Assembly: GCA_963819625.1 (NCBI GenBank)
Contig: CAWFWY010000018.1
Coordinates: 172,857-236,856, forward strand
Origin: an uncultured Acidobacteriota bacterium
GTDB taxonomy: Bacteria > Acidobacteriota > Terriglobia > Acidiferrales > UBA7541
Direction: 5' to 3'
DNA: 64,000 bases
Position numbers and translations under genes: made by a program. Position 1 is the first letter of the stretch; each line of letters begins with the position of its first letter. Below, piece after piece: positions 21,011-31,421 of this stretch. The notes below the pieces were generated by a model that had not been told where the DNA came from, made no database searches, and was given only the letters and a program-made list of their open reading frames with translations.

Positions 21011-21463
21011 ATGGAAGAGCGGCTATACGATTTGATTTTTATCGCGCGCCCCGCTACGGCGGAAGAGGACGTGAAGAAAGTTCTGTCGGTGATCGAGCAC
21101 ACCTGCACGGAAAAAGGCGGCAAGGTGGAAAAGGCCGAGACCTGGGGCACGCGCAAGCTGGCCTATCGCGTGGCCAAGCACCGCGAGGGCATGTATTACT
21201 ACCAGCAGATTCGCACCTCGCATCCGGACTTGATTGCAGAACTGGAACGGCGGCTGCGCGTGCAGGACGCGGTCATCAAGTATCAAACCGTGCGGCTGGA
21301 TGAAGATTTGAAGCGGCAGAAGAAGCTGGTGGAGAAGCGCGACAAGCGCACCGCGCGGCGTCCGCGGCGTGCGACAAGTCCGGCTAGTTCGACGGCGAGT
21401 ACGCCTGCGAGCACCCCGGCTGCGGCGGCAGCGCCCGCGGCTGCGGTTCCGGCGGAGAGTTAG
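21011..21463 (+). CDS. rpsF: 30S ribosomal protein S6
   Basis: LYDLIFIARP..WGTRKLAYRV..ELERRLRVQDAVIKY; Ala/Pro-rich tail. Confidence 0.95.
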   Translation: MEERLYDLIFIARPATAEEDVKKVLSVIEHTCTEKGGKVEKAETWGTRKLAYRVAKHREGMYYYQQIRTSHPDLIAELERRLRVQDAVIKYQTVRLDEDLKRQKKLVEKRDKRTARRPRRATSPASSTASTPASTPAAAAAPAAAVPAES

Positions 21464-21560
21464 AGGCTTCGCGCTCGTTGAACGCGGACGTTGTGTTTAG
21501 TCGAGCGAGTCACGACATTTTTGTAAATAGTTTTGCGGTTCAAGTGAAAGGGTGGCAGGC

Positions 21561-22118
21561 ATGGCAGAGGAACAGAAAGCACAATCGCCCAGCGGACCTC
21601 CGCGGCGTGACGGCGGCGGACACGGCGGGCCGGGCGGCGGGCATGGCGGCTCGAGTGGACACGGCGGACCGCGTCGTGAAGGCGGGCCGAGTGGCGGTGG
21701 TCCGGGCGGGCCGCGCCGTGGCAAGCGGCAATATTTCCGCAAGAAGAAAGTTTGCAAGTTCTGCGTGGAAAAGATGGATTTCATCGACTATAAGCGCGCG
21801 GACATTCTGTCGCAGTTCGTGCAGGAGCGCGGGAAGATTCTGCCGCGGCGCATGACCGGAGTTTGTTCGCGGCACCAGCGCTGGCTGGGCGAGGCCATCA
21901 AGCGCGCGCGCAACATCGCGTTGCTGCCCTTCGCAGGAAGCGCCGCGGGCACGCTGCAGCCTCGCCAACCAACCGCGCATGTTGCAACGCCGGCCGCGGC
22001 GGCTGCACCCGCGCCTGCTGCTACACCCTCAGCAACACCAGCGGCAGCGCCTGCCACACCAGCGGCAGCGCCAGCTGCAACGCCAGCTGTTACTACGCCG
22101 GAACCGACTAACGTTTAA
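21561..22118 (+). CDS. rpsR: 30S ribosomal protein S18 with long low-complexity extensions
   Basis: [43 protein letters not shown]. Confidence 0.96.
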   Translation: MAEEQKAQSPSGPPRRDGGGHGGPGGGHGGSSGHGGPRREGGPSGGGPGGPRRGKRQYFRKKKVCKFCVEKMDFIDYKRADILSQFVQERGKILPRRMTGVCSRHQRWLGEAIKRARNIALLPFAGSAAGTLQPRQPTAHVATPAAAAAPAPAATPSATPAAAPATPAAAPAATPAVTTPEPTNV

Positions 22119-22167
22119 CGCGCATCACGCGGAACAGCAACGATCACAGGAGCCAGAGGAAGAGCAC

Positions 22168-22620
22168 ATGCAAATTATTCTGCAAGAAGATATTGAAAAG
22201 CTCGGGCATCGCGGGGACGTGGTCACCGTCAAGCCCGGCTACGCGCGTAATTTTTTACTGCCGCGCAAGCTGGCCGTGGAAGCCAGCGCCGGGAATCTGA
22301 AGGCCATTGAAAAGATTCGCGCATCGCTGGCAAAAAAGACGGCTACGGAAATGGACGCGGCGCAGAAACATGCCGCGGCTTTGAACGGCGTGGAGCTGAA
22401 CTTCACGCGGAAGACCGGGGAGAACGACCAGGTATTTGGCTCGGTGACTACCGGCGACATTGCCGAGGCGCTGCAGGCCCAGGGTTTTACGGTGGATAAG
22501 CGGCAGATTCATACCGCAGAGCCGATCAAGGCGCTGGGAGATTTTCGCGCTACCGTGAAAGTTTTCCGGGACATTACCGCCGAGGTCAAGATTCACGTGG
22601 GCAAGGAAGGGCAAGCCTAG
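22168..22620 (+). CDS. rplI: 50S ribosomal protein L9
   Basis: MQIILQEDIEKLGHRGDVVTVKPGYARNFLLP and FGSVT motifs. Confidence 0.97.
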   Translation: MQIILQEDIEKLGHRGDVVTVKPGYARNFLLPRKLAVEASAGNLKAIEKIRASLAKKTATEMDAAQKHAAALNGVELNFTRKTGENDQVFGSVTTGDIAEALQAQGFTVDKRQIHTAEPIKALGDFRATVKVFRDITAEVKIHVGKEGQA

Positions 22621-22643
22621 ATTTTTTACTGTTGGTTTTGGCG

Positions 22644-22674
22644 AGAGGCCCATTTTTATGTGCCTCTTTTTTTT
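22644..22674 (+). terminator. Intrinsic terminator after rplI
   Basis: AGAGGC..GCCTCT stem followed by a T run. Confidence 0.7.
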
Positions 22675-22967
22675 GTGTCAGATAAAAATGTTTTGCGCAA
22701 CAGGGATTTTTTGCGACGAAAGGTTTTGCAGAGATTTCCGACGCGATGCACAGGCCGCGAATTGATTCGGTGTTGACCTCGCGTTCATATCCACGCACAA
22801 TGCGCGCACTGGATTACTTCGGTTCGGTGCAATTCTGATTCGAGTCGCGAGGGCGGGCCACAACAAAGTTTTGTGGGGCATCTAACCGCGAACACTACAC
22901 CTTGGCATGGGCGTGTCGCGCGCCGACCACTAAGAACATTGCGCTGGAATTCAGCGGAGCTGCACTC

Positions 22968-23228
22968 ATGGACGATGTGACGTCGCTTCAGGGACCCATA
23001 GAGAAAATCGACGGACAACTTATGCTACGCATTCCTCTTGAAGCCGGCGGCGAGCAATTCATTGAATGCTCCCGCGGTATCGGAAAGGTTCACGGAGAAT
23101 ATCTGAAAATTACAATTCCTGAATGGCTGGCCAGCAAGCTGAGAATCGAAGAAGGGAGCTTGGTGGAGGTGAACAATGAAAATGGGAAATTCAATATCAA
23201 TCCGATCGACCCTTACCAGGTTCAATGA
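22968..23228 (+). CDS. Small hypothetical protein with an AbrB/MazE-like C-terminal motif
   Basis: ITIPEWLASKLRIEEGSLVEV resembles a swapped-hairpin motif; GGAG upstream of the ATG at 22968. Confidence 0.6.
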   Translation: MDDVTSLQGPIEKIDGQLMLRIPLEAGGEQFIECSRGIGKVHGEYLKITIPEWLASKLRIEEGSLVEVNNENGKFNINPIDPYQVQ

Positions 23229-23343
23229 ACCAGACGCGCATATTGATTAGTCAATATTTCTCTTGCTCGACTGCCGAGAAAATGCTACAAAGCTGCCTTA
23301 GGCGAACATAAAGCGAATATCAGGCGAATAAATAAAGGAAGCC

Positions 23344-24710
23344 ATGGCGGTAGACACCGTTCTCGAAAAGCCCCTGCCCAATAATCTGGACGCCGAGCGT
23401 TCCGTGCTCGGCGCCATCCTGCTGGATAACAACGCGCTGAATCCCGCGGTCGAGCACCTGCGGCCCGAGGATTTTTTCCTGGACCAGCACCGCCGCGTCT
23501 TCACCCAGATGATCGCGCTGGGTGAAAGCCAGCAGGCCATCGACCTGGTGACGCTGACGGAAGAGCTGCATCGCCGCGGCGATCTCGACGCGTCGGGAGG
23601 CGCGCCGTACCTGGCGTCGCTGGCCGACGGCATGCCGCGGGTTTCGAACATTGAGCATTACGCGCGCATCGTGAAAGAAAAGCGATGCTGCGCAACCTGA
23701 TCCACGCTACGCATAACATTCAGCAGCGCGCGTTTGAGGGCGAAGACGGCGCGGACACCATTCTGGATAACGCGGAGTCTTCCATTTTTGCGCTGGCGGA
23801 AGATCGCGTGCGCGCCGGGCTGATCCCGGTGAAAGATATCGTTCGCGACAATTTCGAGCGGCTCGAGCGGATTTTTCGCGAGGGCAAGAGCATCACCGGG
23901 GTTGCCACCGGTTACGGCGAGCTGGACAAGCTGACTTCGGGGCTGCAGCCGTCCGAGCTGCTGATTCTGGCGGCGCGGCCTTCGCAGGGGAAAACGGCGC
24001 TGGCGCTGAACCTGGCGGAAAATATTGCTATTCGCAGCGGGCATCCTACCGCGATTTTCAGCTTGGAAATGTCCAAGGAGTCGCTCTTGCAGCGCCTGGT
24101 GGCTTCGGTGGCGCAGATCGACGCGCACAAATTTCGCACCGGGCATTTGAGCAAGGAAGATTGGCGGCGGATGACCGAAGCGCTGGGCACAATTTCAGCA
24201 GCGCCATTGTGGATCGACGACGCCGGGTCGATCAGCGTGCTGGAAATCGGCGCGAAGGCGCGTCGGCTGAAGCGCGACAAGGGCTTGTCTCTGCTGATCG
24301 TCGATTATCTTCAGCTGATCACTGCGCGCGGCCGCTTCTCAAACCGCAACGAAGAAGTGGCCAGCATTTCGCGCAGCTTGAAGGGCCTGGCCAAGGAGCT
24401 GCAGATTCCTGTGCTGGTTTTGAGCCAGCTCACTCGTGCTCCCGAGCGTGACGACCGGGGGCCGCAGCTTTCCGATTTGCGCGAATCGGGCGCGATTGAA
24501 CAGGACGCCGACGTGGTCATGTTTATTTACCGGCAGCATTTCTTTAAGGCCGGGGCTACGCAGGAAATGCGCGAAGAGACCGAGCTGAAGATCGCCAAGC
24601 AGCGCAATGGACCTACCGAAAGCGTGAAATTTGTGTTTCGTAGCCGCTTGACGCGCTTTGAAGAAGCGGCGCCGGACGCGTTTTCGCAGTTTGCCAACGA
24701 AGACATGTGA
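23344..24710 (+). CDS. dnaB: Replicative DNA helicase, one indel near 23680
   Basis: LPNNLDAERSVLGAIL; AARPSQGKT (Walker A), IVDYLQL, LSQL and SDLRESGAIEQDAD motifs. Confidence 0.97.
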
Positions 24711-24768
24711 CGCCAGCCACGGCGCGGCTACAATTGGGGAAAACCTTCAGTTAGGGGCCACATGGGCA

Positions 24769-25602
24769 TTACAGGTCTCGCTCGTGGAAATTGTAGAGCG
24801 CGATTGCCAGCACGATCAATAGATACACCGAGGCATAACCTATCATTGCGGGACTGGGAGCTGAGGCGCTCGAAAACGGACTGTATTGCAACGATCGCGT
24901 CAGCGGTGACTGCATCTCGAACGACGCCCTTCGCCAGATGGCCTCGCTGGGCATCAATAAGCTGGACATGATGCCCAGCGTGACTAATCGCGGGCTACTG
25001 GTCAGCGCCCCGATCTGTTCGATCCACCCGCCGACAAACGCCAATCCATGCAGCCCCAACACAATGACACCGTTGGTGAGCGTGGAAAATTTCGTTCCGC
25101 ACGCGAATGTCACCGTCAGCAGCAACAAACATTCCAGATATACGAGCAGCGCTCCTTCCACCGTGCCATGCGGCCGCAGGCCCGCAATGAAATATCCCAC
25201 CGCCGCCACGCCTCCAAACATCCCGGCCAGATAGATCGCAATCATCCCCGCGAAGCCCAACCACTTGCCCATCAAAATTTCCCAGCGCGGCAACGGCTTG
25301 GTGGCGATCGCCTGAATCGTTCCCGATGAAATCTCGCCAGACAAGGTGTCCACCGAAGTGAGAATGGTCATCACCACGGTCAGCAAGTTGACAGCATAAA
25401 AGCCCACCTGTAGCAGCCCGTTCTGTACCTGGTGCACGATCAATGGCGGCACATTATGGTGCGTCGAATCCTTCACCTGAAAATGCAAGCCTGTCGCGAA
25501 CAGCGCCAGAATTGCCGCGCCGGCGATCACCGCGGTCCACAAAATCTTCCGTCGCGCGGCTTCGCGAAACGTGACGCCTGCCATGATCCACACGCCCATC
25601 AC
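24769..25602 (-). CDS. ABC-2 type transporter permease
   Basis: TFREAARRK, GEISSGTIQAIATKPLPRWEILMGKWLG, ends FHERDL; multi-TM. Confidence 0.9.
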   Translation of the reverse strand: MMGVWIMAGVTFREAARRKILWTAVIAGAAILALFATGLHFQVKDSTHHNVPPLIVHQVQNGLLQVGFYAVNLLTVVMTILTSVDTLSGEISSGTIQAIATKPLPRWEILMGKWLGFAGMIAIYLAGMFGGVAAVGYFIAGLRPHGTVEGALLVYLECLLLLTVTFACGTKFSTLTNGVIVLGLHGLAFVGGWIEQIGALTSSPRLVTLGIMSSLLMPSEAIWRRASFEMQSPLTRSLQYSPFSSASAPSPAMIGYASVYLLIVLAIALYNFHERDL

Positions 25603-26525
25603 AGCCCGCGATCCTCGCCCATGATTTTCAGAAATAAATCTTCCAGAGAAACGTGCTCCGGCCTGAATTCAAATACGTCGCCGCCGCATCCCACCAGGTG
25701 GCGCAAAATTTCAGGAAGCACGTCGTGCGAGCGGAGAACCATCGTGAGCCTCTCGCCGTCCAGCCGCGCGCCCGAACCCCACGGAGATAACCCGGCAATC
25801 GCTTCCGTGGAAAGATTGCGCACCCGCGCAGCAAGCTGAATCTCGCCTTGTGGATTCGCTCGGAGGTCGTGGCTGGCAACCACCTGCCCTTCCTTGATGA
25901 ACACCACGCGGTCGCAGGTAATTTCTATTTCACTCAGGATATGCGAGTTCAAAAAAATCGTCGCGCCGCGATCGCGTTCCGCGCGGATCACGTCACGCAC
26001 CAGCCGCCGCCCCATGGGATCCAGCCCGGATGTTGGTTCGTCGAGGAAAACCAGTTCCGGTTCGTGAATGAGCGCTTGAGCCAGTCCGATGCGCTGCAAC
26101 ATACCTTTGGAAAAGTCGCGCAGACGTTTTTCACTATGAGCGGTGAGGCCGACCAACTCCAGCAGTGCGGGAACGCGTTGGCGCAGCCGCGCCACCGCCA
26201 TGCCACACAGCCTCCCGTGCAGCTTGAGCAGTTCGGCCGCGGTCAGCCAAGGATAAAAACGGAAATCTTCGGGCAGGAAACCGATTTTGCGCCGAATTTC
26301 GACATTATCGGAAGGAGCGCCAAGAACAAACGCTTGCCCGCTGCTGGGCCTTGCCAGTCCCAACAGCATTTTGATGGACGTACTTTTCCCGGCCCCATTC
26401 GGGCCGAGGAAACCGAAAACTTCGCCGCGACGCACCGTCAGAGACAGATTGCTTACGGCAACCTTGTTCCCGAACTTCTTGCGCAGATTTACCGTGTGGA
26501 TCGCAAAGTCCGCCGCGTCGTTCAG
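25599..26525 (-). CDS. ABC transporter ATP-binding protein (probable CTG start at 26525)
   Basis: [16 protein letters not shown] and LDEPTSGLD motifs; the conserved N-terminal strand [12 protein letters not shown] lies upstream of the called GTG. Confidence 0.9.
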   Translation of the reverse strand: MNDAADFAIHTVNLRKKFGNKVAVSNLSLTVRRGEVFGFLGPNGAGKSTSIKMLLGLARPSSGQAFVLGAPSDNVEIRRKIGFLPEDFRFYPWLTAAELLKLHGRLCGMAVARLRQRVPALLELVGLTAHSEKRLRDFSKGMLQRIGLAQALIHEPELVFLDEPTSGLDPMGRRLVRDVIRAERDRGATIFLNSHILSEIEITCDRVVFIKEGQVVASHDLRANPQGEIQLAARVRNLSTEAIAGLSPWGSGARLDGERLTMVLRSHDVLPEILRHLVGCGGDVFEFRPEHVSLEDLFLKIMGEDRGL

Positions 26526-26561
26526 ATGGACCTCCGGGCGCCGAATGGACGCCCGCTCGGA

Positions 26562-27734
26562 TTAGTTCAGCGTATTGGCAAGCGCCACGGCCTCGCTCGA
26601 ATCGCTGTGTCCGACAAGCCCGTAGATCATCCCATTCTTCACCCAGATTAATACATAGTGTGGGTCGCGATGTCCCGCGGTATTGATCAGCGTACCTTGC
26701 ACTCCGGCGACCTGCACAGCCGTGTACGTGCCGGCCATGCGTGGAATCGGCAGCACCAGCGTCGACTTCCAGTCGATAGCCTGAGCCATCTCGCGTGCCT
26801 GCGTTGGACTCATCCGCGTAAGTTGAAACCCAATCTCCGCCAATTGCTGGATATTCAGATCGGCGGGCATGTCGACCTGCGGCACTGGCGCTTCGATCAG
26901 CGCCAGGCAATTGTTGACGCTCTTCGCCTGCGCAGCCGCGCGGTTTTCTACTACCTCACCCCGTCCATGGCCGCACTCGCCATACTCCAGCGTGATCGCT
27001 CTCGGCACGTTCACGGAAACTGTGGTGCCGTCGAGTGTCGCCGGTACCAGCAAGTCCGGCCGCCCGGCTTGATCCACCACATCCTGCAAACGTTCTCGAT
27101 CCACCGTCAAATGAAAGGCATGACGCCCTTCGACGGTAAATTTCGGCGCATCCGCGCGCGCGCCAATCATCTTCACGGGAAAACCAGCCAACTCGCTGGC
27201 ATCTTTCCCCGAATCCACATGCTGCGATTTCTCATCCGCCGTGACGACCATCTTGTCCGACAGCATCTTGCTCAGCATTTGCCCCACCGGGTTATTGCCG
27301 TCGAGGGCCGAAAAATCCAGCATCACCGGCTGCACCTTTTCTATGCGCAACGTGGCCAGAAAGCGTTGCGCCAGGCTGCGTCCCGATGGAAACATCAGCG
27401 CGCACAGAATAATCACCGATGCCATCCCGATGACCCATGCGGGCCGCCATCTTCGTGCCAGCGCTCGCGATAGAAATGAATCGCTGCCGGCCGGCGCATC
27501 ATGCCGCGCCTTAAACCGTGAGAGCGCCACCTGCGGATCGATGCTCGTCTCGGCCGACCCGGTGTCCAGAGATGCGATACGGCTGAGCACGTCCGCCGAT
27601 GTCGTGACGATTTCTTCGAGACGTTTCACGCAGGCAGCGCAACTGGCCAGATGCGCCTCAATTTCCGGAATCGCAACTGCCTCCACTTCACCATCGTGAT
27701 ACGCGCGCAAAATGTTTTCTGCGACACAATTCAT
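26562..27734 (-). CDS. Zinc-finger (HxxxCxxC) transmembrane anti-sigma factor
   Basis: EAHLASCAAC motif, one TM segment and a large extracytoplasmic domain; ATGA overlap with the sigma gene. Confidence 0.88.
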   Translation of the reverse strand: MNCVAENILRAYHDGEVEAVAIPEIEAHLASCAACVKRLEEIVTTSADVLSRIASLDTGSAETSIDPQVALSRFKARHDAPAGSDSFLSRALARRWRPAWVIGMASVIILCALMFPSGRSLAQRFLATLRIEKVQPVMLDFSALDGNNPVGQMLSKMLSDKMVVTADEKSQHVDSGKDASELAGFPVKMIGARADAPKFTVEGRHAFHLTVDRERLQDVVDQAGRPDLLVPATLDGTTVSVNVPRAITLEYGECGHGRGEVVENRAAAQAKSVNNCLALIEAPVPQVDMPADLNIQQLAEIGFQLTRMSPTQAREMAQAIDWKSTLVLPIPRMAGTYTAVQVAGVQGTLINTAGHRDPHYVLIWVKNGMIYGLVGHSDSSEAVALANTLN

Positions 27735-28354
27735 ACATCCTCCTCAGCACCATAAATTTCGCGGTAAAGTTTCTCGAACGCCGCCTCCGCGCGAATCAAC
27801 ATTGTTCCCACCGATGTGGACTCGATCTCCAAGGCCGCCGCCAGCTCTTTGTAAGAATGGCCGGACGCCCGCAAGAGCAGCAGTTGCGCCTGGGCCGGCT
27901 TCAAATCCGCCAAAACGGCGCGCACCCTTTGCTGCTTCTCCTCCCGCAACATCTGCTCCAGGCTGCTATCAGCCCTGCGGTTGCGCTGGCCGTCCAGTGC
28001 GGCCGCCTGTTCCAGGCGGTTCCTGCGCGCCGCCGCGCGCAGCGCATCAATCCCGGCGTTTGTCGCCGTTCGATAAAGCCAACCGGGCACATTGCCATCC
28101 TGGCGCTGCGGCAACGGTTGCCGATAAAGCTTCAGGAAAACTTCACTGGCCAGTTCTTCGGCTTGGCTGCGATCGCCAAGCATGCGATGTAAAACCGAAA
28201 CAATTCGCGAATAATGGGCGACGAACAGAGCTTCAAACTCTTCGCGATTGGAATCTTGAGTTGTCACCTTGGGCTGCCCAACTTTCGGATCCCGAGCACG
28301 GGCCAAGCGTTCAGTGAACCCTTCTACCACGTTCTCAAGCAAGCCCATCTCCAT
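27731..28354 (-). CDS. ECF sigma-70 factor
   Basis: AEELASEVFLKL..GWLYRTATN (region 2) and GHSYKELAAAL..VGTML (region 4). Confidence 0.93.
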   Translation of the reverse strand: MEMGLLENVVEGFTERLARARDPKVGQPKVTTQDSNREEFEALFVAHYSRIVSVLHRMLGDRSQAEELASEVFLKLYRQPLPQRQDGNVPGWLYRTATNAGIDALRAAARRNRLEQAAALDGQRNRRADSSLEQMLREEKQQRVRAVLADLKPAQAQLLLLRASGHSYKELAAALEIESTSVGTMLIRAEAAFEKLYREIYGAEEDV

Positions 28355-28367
28355 GATTCTCTAGACT

Positions 28368-28395
28368 AAACGCTTCTCGCCCTGCGAATGTGACA
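28368..28395 (-). promoter_or_regulatory. Putative autoregulatory ECF promoter
   Basis: Minus strand reads TGTCACA-N16-CGTTT, just upstream of the sigma start codon. Confidence 0.55.
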
Positions 28396-28684
28396 ACTTG
28401 CAGATGAATCTGCGTCGAGTGTGTGCCTGGAGCAACGGTTGTGTAACTTTCTGCCCGGTTTCGCTGTGCGAACGCCTGGGACTCCGATCCGCAAGCTCAA
28501 TCGATGGGCGACTTTAGCTAGACAGTTCTTTCCCGGCCTTGCTTCGGCGAGGACTTTTACGTTTGGCGGGCGGCGTGCGTATGTATGGGCAGCAGTTGCC
28601 CGCTGTTGTCATTCACGCGGCAGTTTTAGGCGGCTGGCCTCTACTGCCGCGTGGATGGCGTAAACTTATTTTCCCTGGAAGAAC

Positions 28685-29905
28685 ATGTCGCGAGCCCCGA
28701 AAAATTCCTCGACGTTGAATATGCGGCCGGTTTGGGCGGACGTTTCGCTTCCCGCGTTGGTACACAATTTCAAATCGATTCGCGCGTACGTAAATCCGTC
28801 TGATAGCAATAAAACGAAAGAAAAGCTCAACACGCCGCGAAAAGTGCTGTGCATCGTGAAAGGCAATGCCTACGGCCACGGCGGGCCGGCGGTAGCCGCG
28901 GCGCTCGAAAAGGCCGGGTCCGACTGGTTTGGGGTGACCTGCACGGAAGAAGGCATCACGCTGCGCAAAGCCGGGGTGCGCAAACCGATTTTAATCTTGA
29001 CCAGCTTTGTGGCCGGCGAAGAAAAGCGTTTGCTGGATCACAATTTGACCGCGGTGATTCACCGCTGCGAGCAACTGGCGCAACTGGAGCACGCGGCGGC
29101 CAAGCGCGGCAAGAAAAAAGTTTCGTTCCATCTGAAAATTGACTCGGGCATGAATCGCCTGGGCATCGCGCCCGGCGATGTGGATTGCTTTGCGCGGCAA
29201 CTGGCCAAGGCGCGGCACCTCCAGCTTGGCGGAGTGATGACCCATTTCGCGTCGTCGGGAGTTTTCACCGATACCCCGGTCGGGCGGCAAACCCGCGAGC
29301 AGGAAGAAAAATTTTACGCTGCTCTCACGCGGCTGCGCGCGCTGGGCATCGATACCGGCATCGTGCACCTGGCCAACAGCGCGGCAATTGTGGCGCGGCC
29401 GGAATCCTGGGCGGACATGGTACGGCCCGGCGCGATTTTGTATGGCTATCACCCGGGCTACGATCCGGTAGAGCAGCGCGCGGAAATCGAAAAGCGTTTG
29501 CCGCTGCAGCCGGCCATGAGCCTGCGCGCGCGGATTATCAGTTTGCGACACATCGCCGCGGGAGCCGGCGTGGGCTACGACGCGACTTTTGTGCCGAGCA
29601 AGCCGTCGCGCATCGCGGTGCTGGCGGCGGGTTACGGAGACGGCCTGCATCGTTCGCTGGGGAATCGCGGCAGCGTGCTGGTTCGCGGAGTTATGGCTCC
29701 AATCGTGGGAATTGTTTCCATGGACGTGACGATGATCGATGTGACCGAGGTGCCTGGAGTGGAAATTGGAGACACTGCGACGGTGTATGGCACGGATGGA
29801 AAGTCCGTTCTGCTTGCGAGCCAGGTGGCGCGTGGGATCCGGACGGTGACTTCGGATCTGTTGTGCGCGGTCAGCCAGCGCGTTCCGCGAATTTACCTGC
29901 GTTGA
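28685..29905 (+). CDS. alr: Alanine racemase
   Basis: VKGNAYGHG (PLP Lys), HLKIDSGMNRLG, HLANSA, GYGDG and VSMD motifs. Confidence 0.96.
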   Translation: MSRAPKNSSTLNMRPVWADVSLPALVHNFKSIRAYVNPSDSNKTKEKLNTPRKVLCIVKGNAYGHGGPAVAAALEKAGSDWFGVTCTEEGITLRKAGVRKPILILTSFVAGEEKRLLDHNLTAVIHRCEQLAQLEHAAAKRGKKKVSFHLKIDSGMNRLGIAPGDVDCFARQLAKARHLQLGGVMTHFASSGVFTDTPVGRQTREQEEKFYAALTRLRALGIDTGIVHLANSAAIVARPESWADMVRPGAILYGYHPGYDPVEQRAEIEKRLPLQPAMSLRARIISLRHIAAGAGVGYDATFVPSKPSRIAVLAAGYGDGLHRSLGNRGSVLVRGVMAPIVGIVSMDVTMIDVTEVPGVEIGDTATVYGTDGKSVLLASQVARGIRTVTSDLLCAVSQRVPRIYLR

Positions 29906-30054
29906 TTTGTCCAGGCTGATTCCAAATTTCCAATTCTCCCCATTCACTTTTTAATATCACGCATGCTGAGTTCATCTTGACCTGCTGGTGACGACAGAGT
30001 ATATAAACTGCGGCTGCGAAAATTCGCAGGAATGATTCCTCACTCACATCTCGC

Positions 30055-31359
30055 ATGAACGAAAAAATCCCAGACAACCGAGCTGGCTCGAAAGTGTCTT
30101 CGCGAGTCCCGGCGTTTCAGGCGGCTTTGGCGCAGTCGCAGGCCCGTACTGCAAGTCCGGCTGCTCCAGAGGCTCCGGCAGTACGTGCGGCAGGTCGGGA
30201 CTGGTCGATCACTACGTGGGAATTGTGGATTGTGCGCGCCGCGCTGGCGCTGGCCATAGGAGCGGCGTGCTACGCGCTGGCTCCGTTTGCGTTGCACGGC
30301 GCAGGAGCCGCCGCAACGGGCTTTCTGATTGCCATGCTCATACTGCTGGCGGAATTCCGGCTACGCCATGCGTCGGTAGGCGGATTAATCGGCGGCGCAT
30401 GCGGCGCGCTGGCGGGGATTTTTGCCGCATTGCTGCTGACCATGATTATCGCGCGCACCGCGGAGCCGCCTGAGTCGCGGTTTTTCCTGGAAATTATTTC
30501 TGTGCTGGGGCTGACCTATCTTGGAGGCGTAATAGGGTTCCATAGTGGAGCCCGGTGGGTTGGCGAATCGCGCGGGGTAGAGGCTGCCAGCCAGGCGGCT
30601 GCGCGTTCGCCGATGAAGTTGCTGGATACCAGCGTGCTGATCGATGGGCGCATCGCGGAAATCTGCGAAGCGCATTTTCTGGATGGGGTGCTGGCGGTGC
30701 CGCAATTTGTGCTCCACGAGCTGCAACTGGTGGCCGACTCTTCCGATCCTTTGAAGAGGCAGCGCGGGCGGCGCGGCCTGGAAGTGTTGCAGCGCATTCA
30801 GAAAATGCCGCAAGTGGAAGTGCGCGTGATTGACGACGATTTTTCGCACACCGCCGACGTGGATCACAAACTGATCGAGCTGGCGCGGAAAACCGGCGCG
30901 AAAATCGTGACCAACGATTTTAATTTGAATAAAGTGGCCACCGTGCAGGGATTTTGCGTGCTCAACGTGAACGAGCTGGCCAACGCTTTGAAACCGGCGG
31001 TGCTGCCGGGCGAAGCGATGCACGTGCTGATCCAGCGCGAAGGCAAAGAGCCGACCCAGGGCGTTGCCTATCTGGGCGACGGCACGATGGTGGTGGTGGA
31101 TGGCGCGCGCAGGCTGATCAACAAGGCGGTGGACATTATTGTTACGTCGGTGCACCAGACCACCGCGGGCAAAATGATTTTTGGCCGCGTCGATGATCGC
31201 AGCGAGCCGGTCGGTCCTCTGGCCCGCGCTGCGGCAATGGGCCGCGGAACTGGCGGCAATTTGCCGCAATCGTACAGCTCAAGCGCAGGTTCAACGCGGG
31301 AAACGCCAATCGGCGAGCAGGATGATCCAGCGCCGTTGCCAGAGCCCGACGTCGAATAA
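30055..31359 (+). CDS. Membrane PIN/TRAM domain protein (YacL family)
   Basis: N-terminal TMs; LLDTSVLIDGRI, RGRRGLE, TNDFNLNKVA, GKEPTQGVAYL.DGTMVVV and QTTAGKMIF motifs. Confidence 0.93.
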   Translation: MNEKIPDNRAGSKVSSRVPAFQAALAQSQARTASPAAPEAPAVRAAGRDWSITTWELWIVRAALALAIGAACYALAPFALHGAGAAATGFLIAMLILLAEFRLRHASVGGLIGGACGALAGIFAALLLTMIIARTAEPPESRFFLEIISVLGLTYLGGVIGFHSGARWVGESRGVEAASQAAARSPMKLLDTSVLIDGRIAEICEAHFLDGVLAVPQFVLHELQLVADSSDPLKRQRGRRGLEVLQRIQKMPQVEVRVIDDDFSHTADVDHKLIELARKTGAKIVTNDFNLNKVATVQGFCVLNVNELANALKPAVLPGEAMHVLIQREGKEPTQGVAYLGDGTMVVVDGARRLINKAVDIIVTSVHQTTAGKMIFGRVDDRSEPVGPLARAAAMGRGTGGNLPQSYSSSAGSTRETPIGEQDDPAPLPEPDVE

Positions 31360-31421
31360 CTCTCGCGGCCGATCCGCAGAAAACAACTGAAGTCTCTGTA
31401 TCGAGACATTGGAGTCGACTT

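Noticed and set aside
4219-24710. Multiple frameshifts in mqnE, the UbiA-like gene, the TPR gene, ispE, prs and dnaB, read as pseudogenes or programmed frameshifting
   Set aside because: They cluster in patches, hit essential genes and often fall in homopolymers or GC runs (for example GAAAAGCG in dnaB lacking one A). This is the pattern expected from long-read indel errors.
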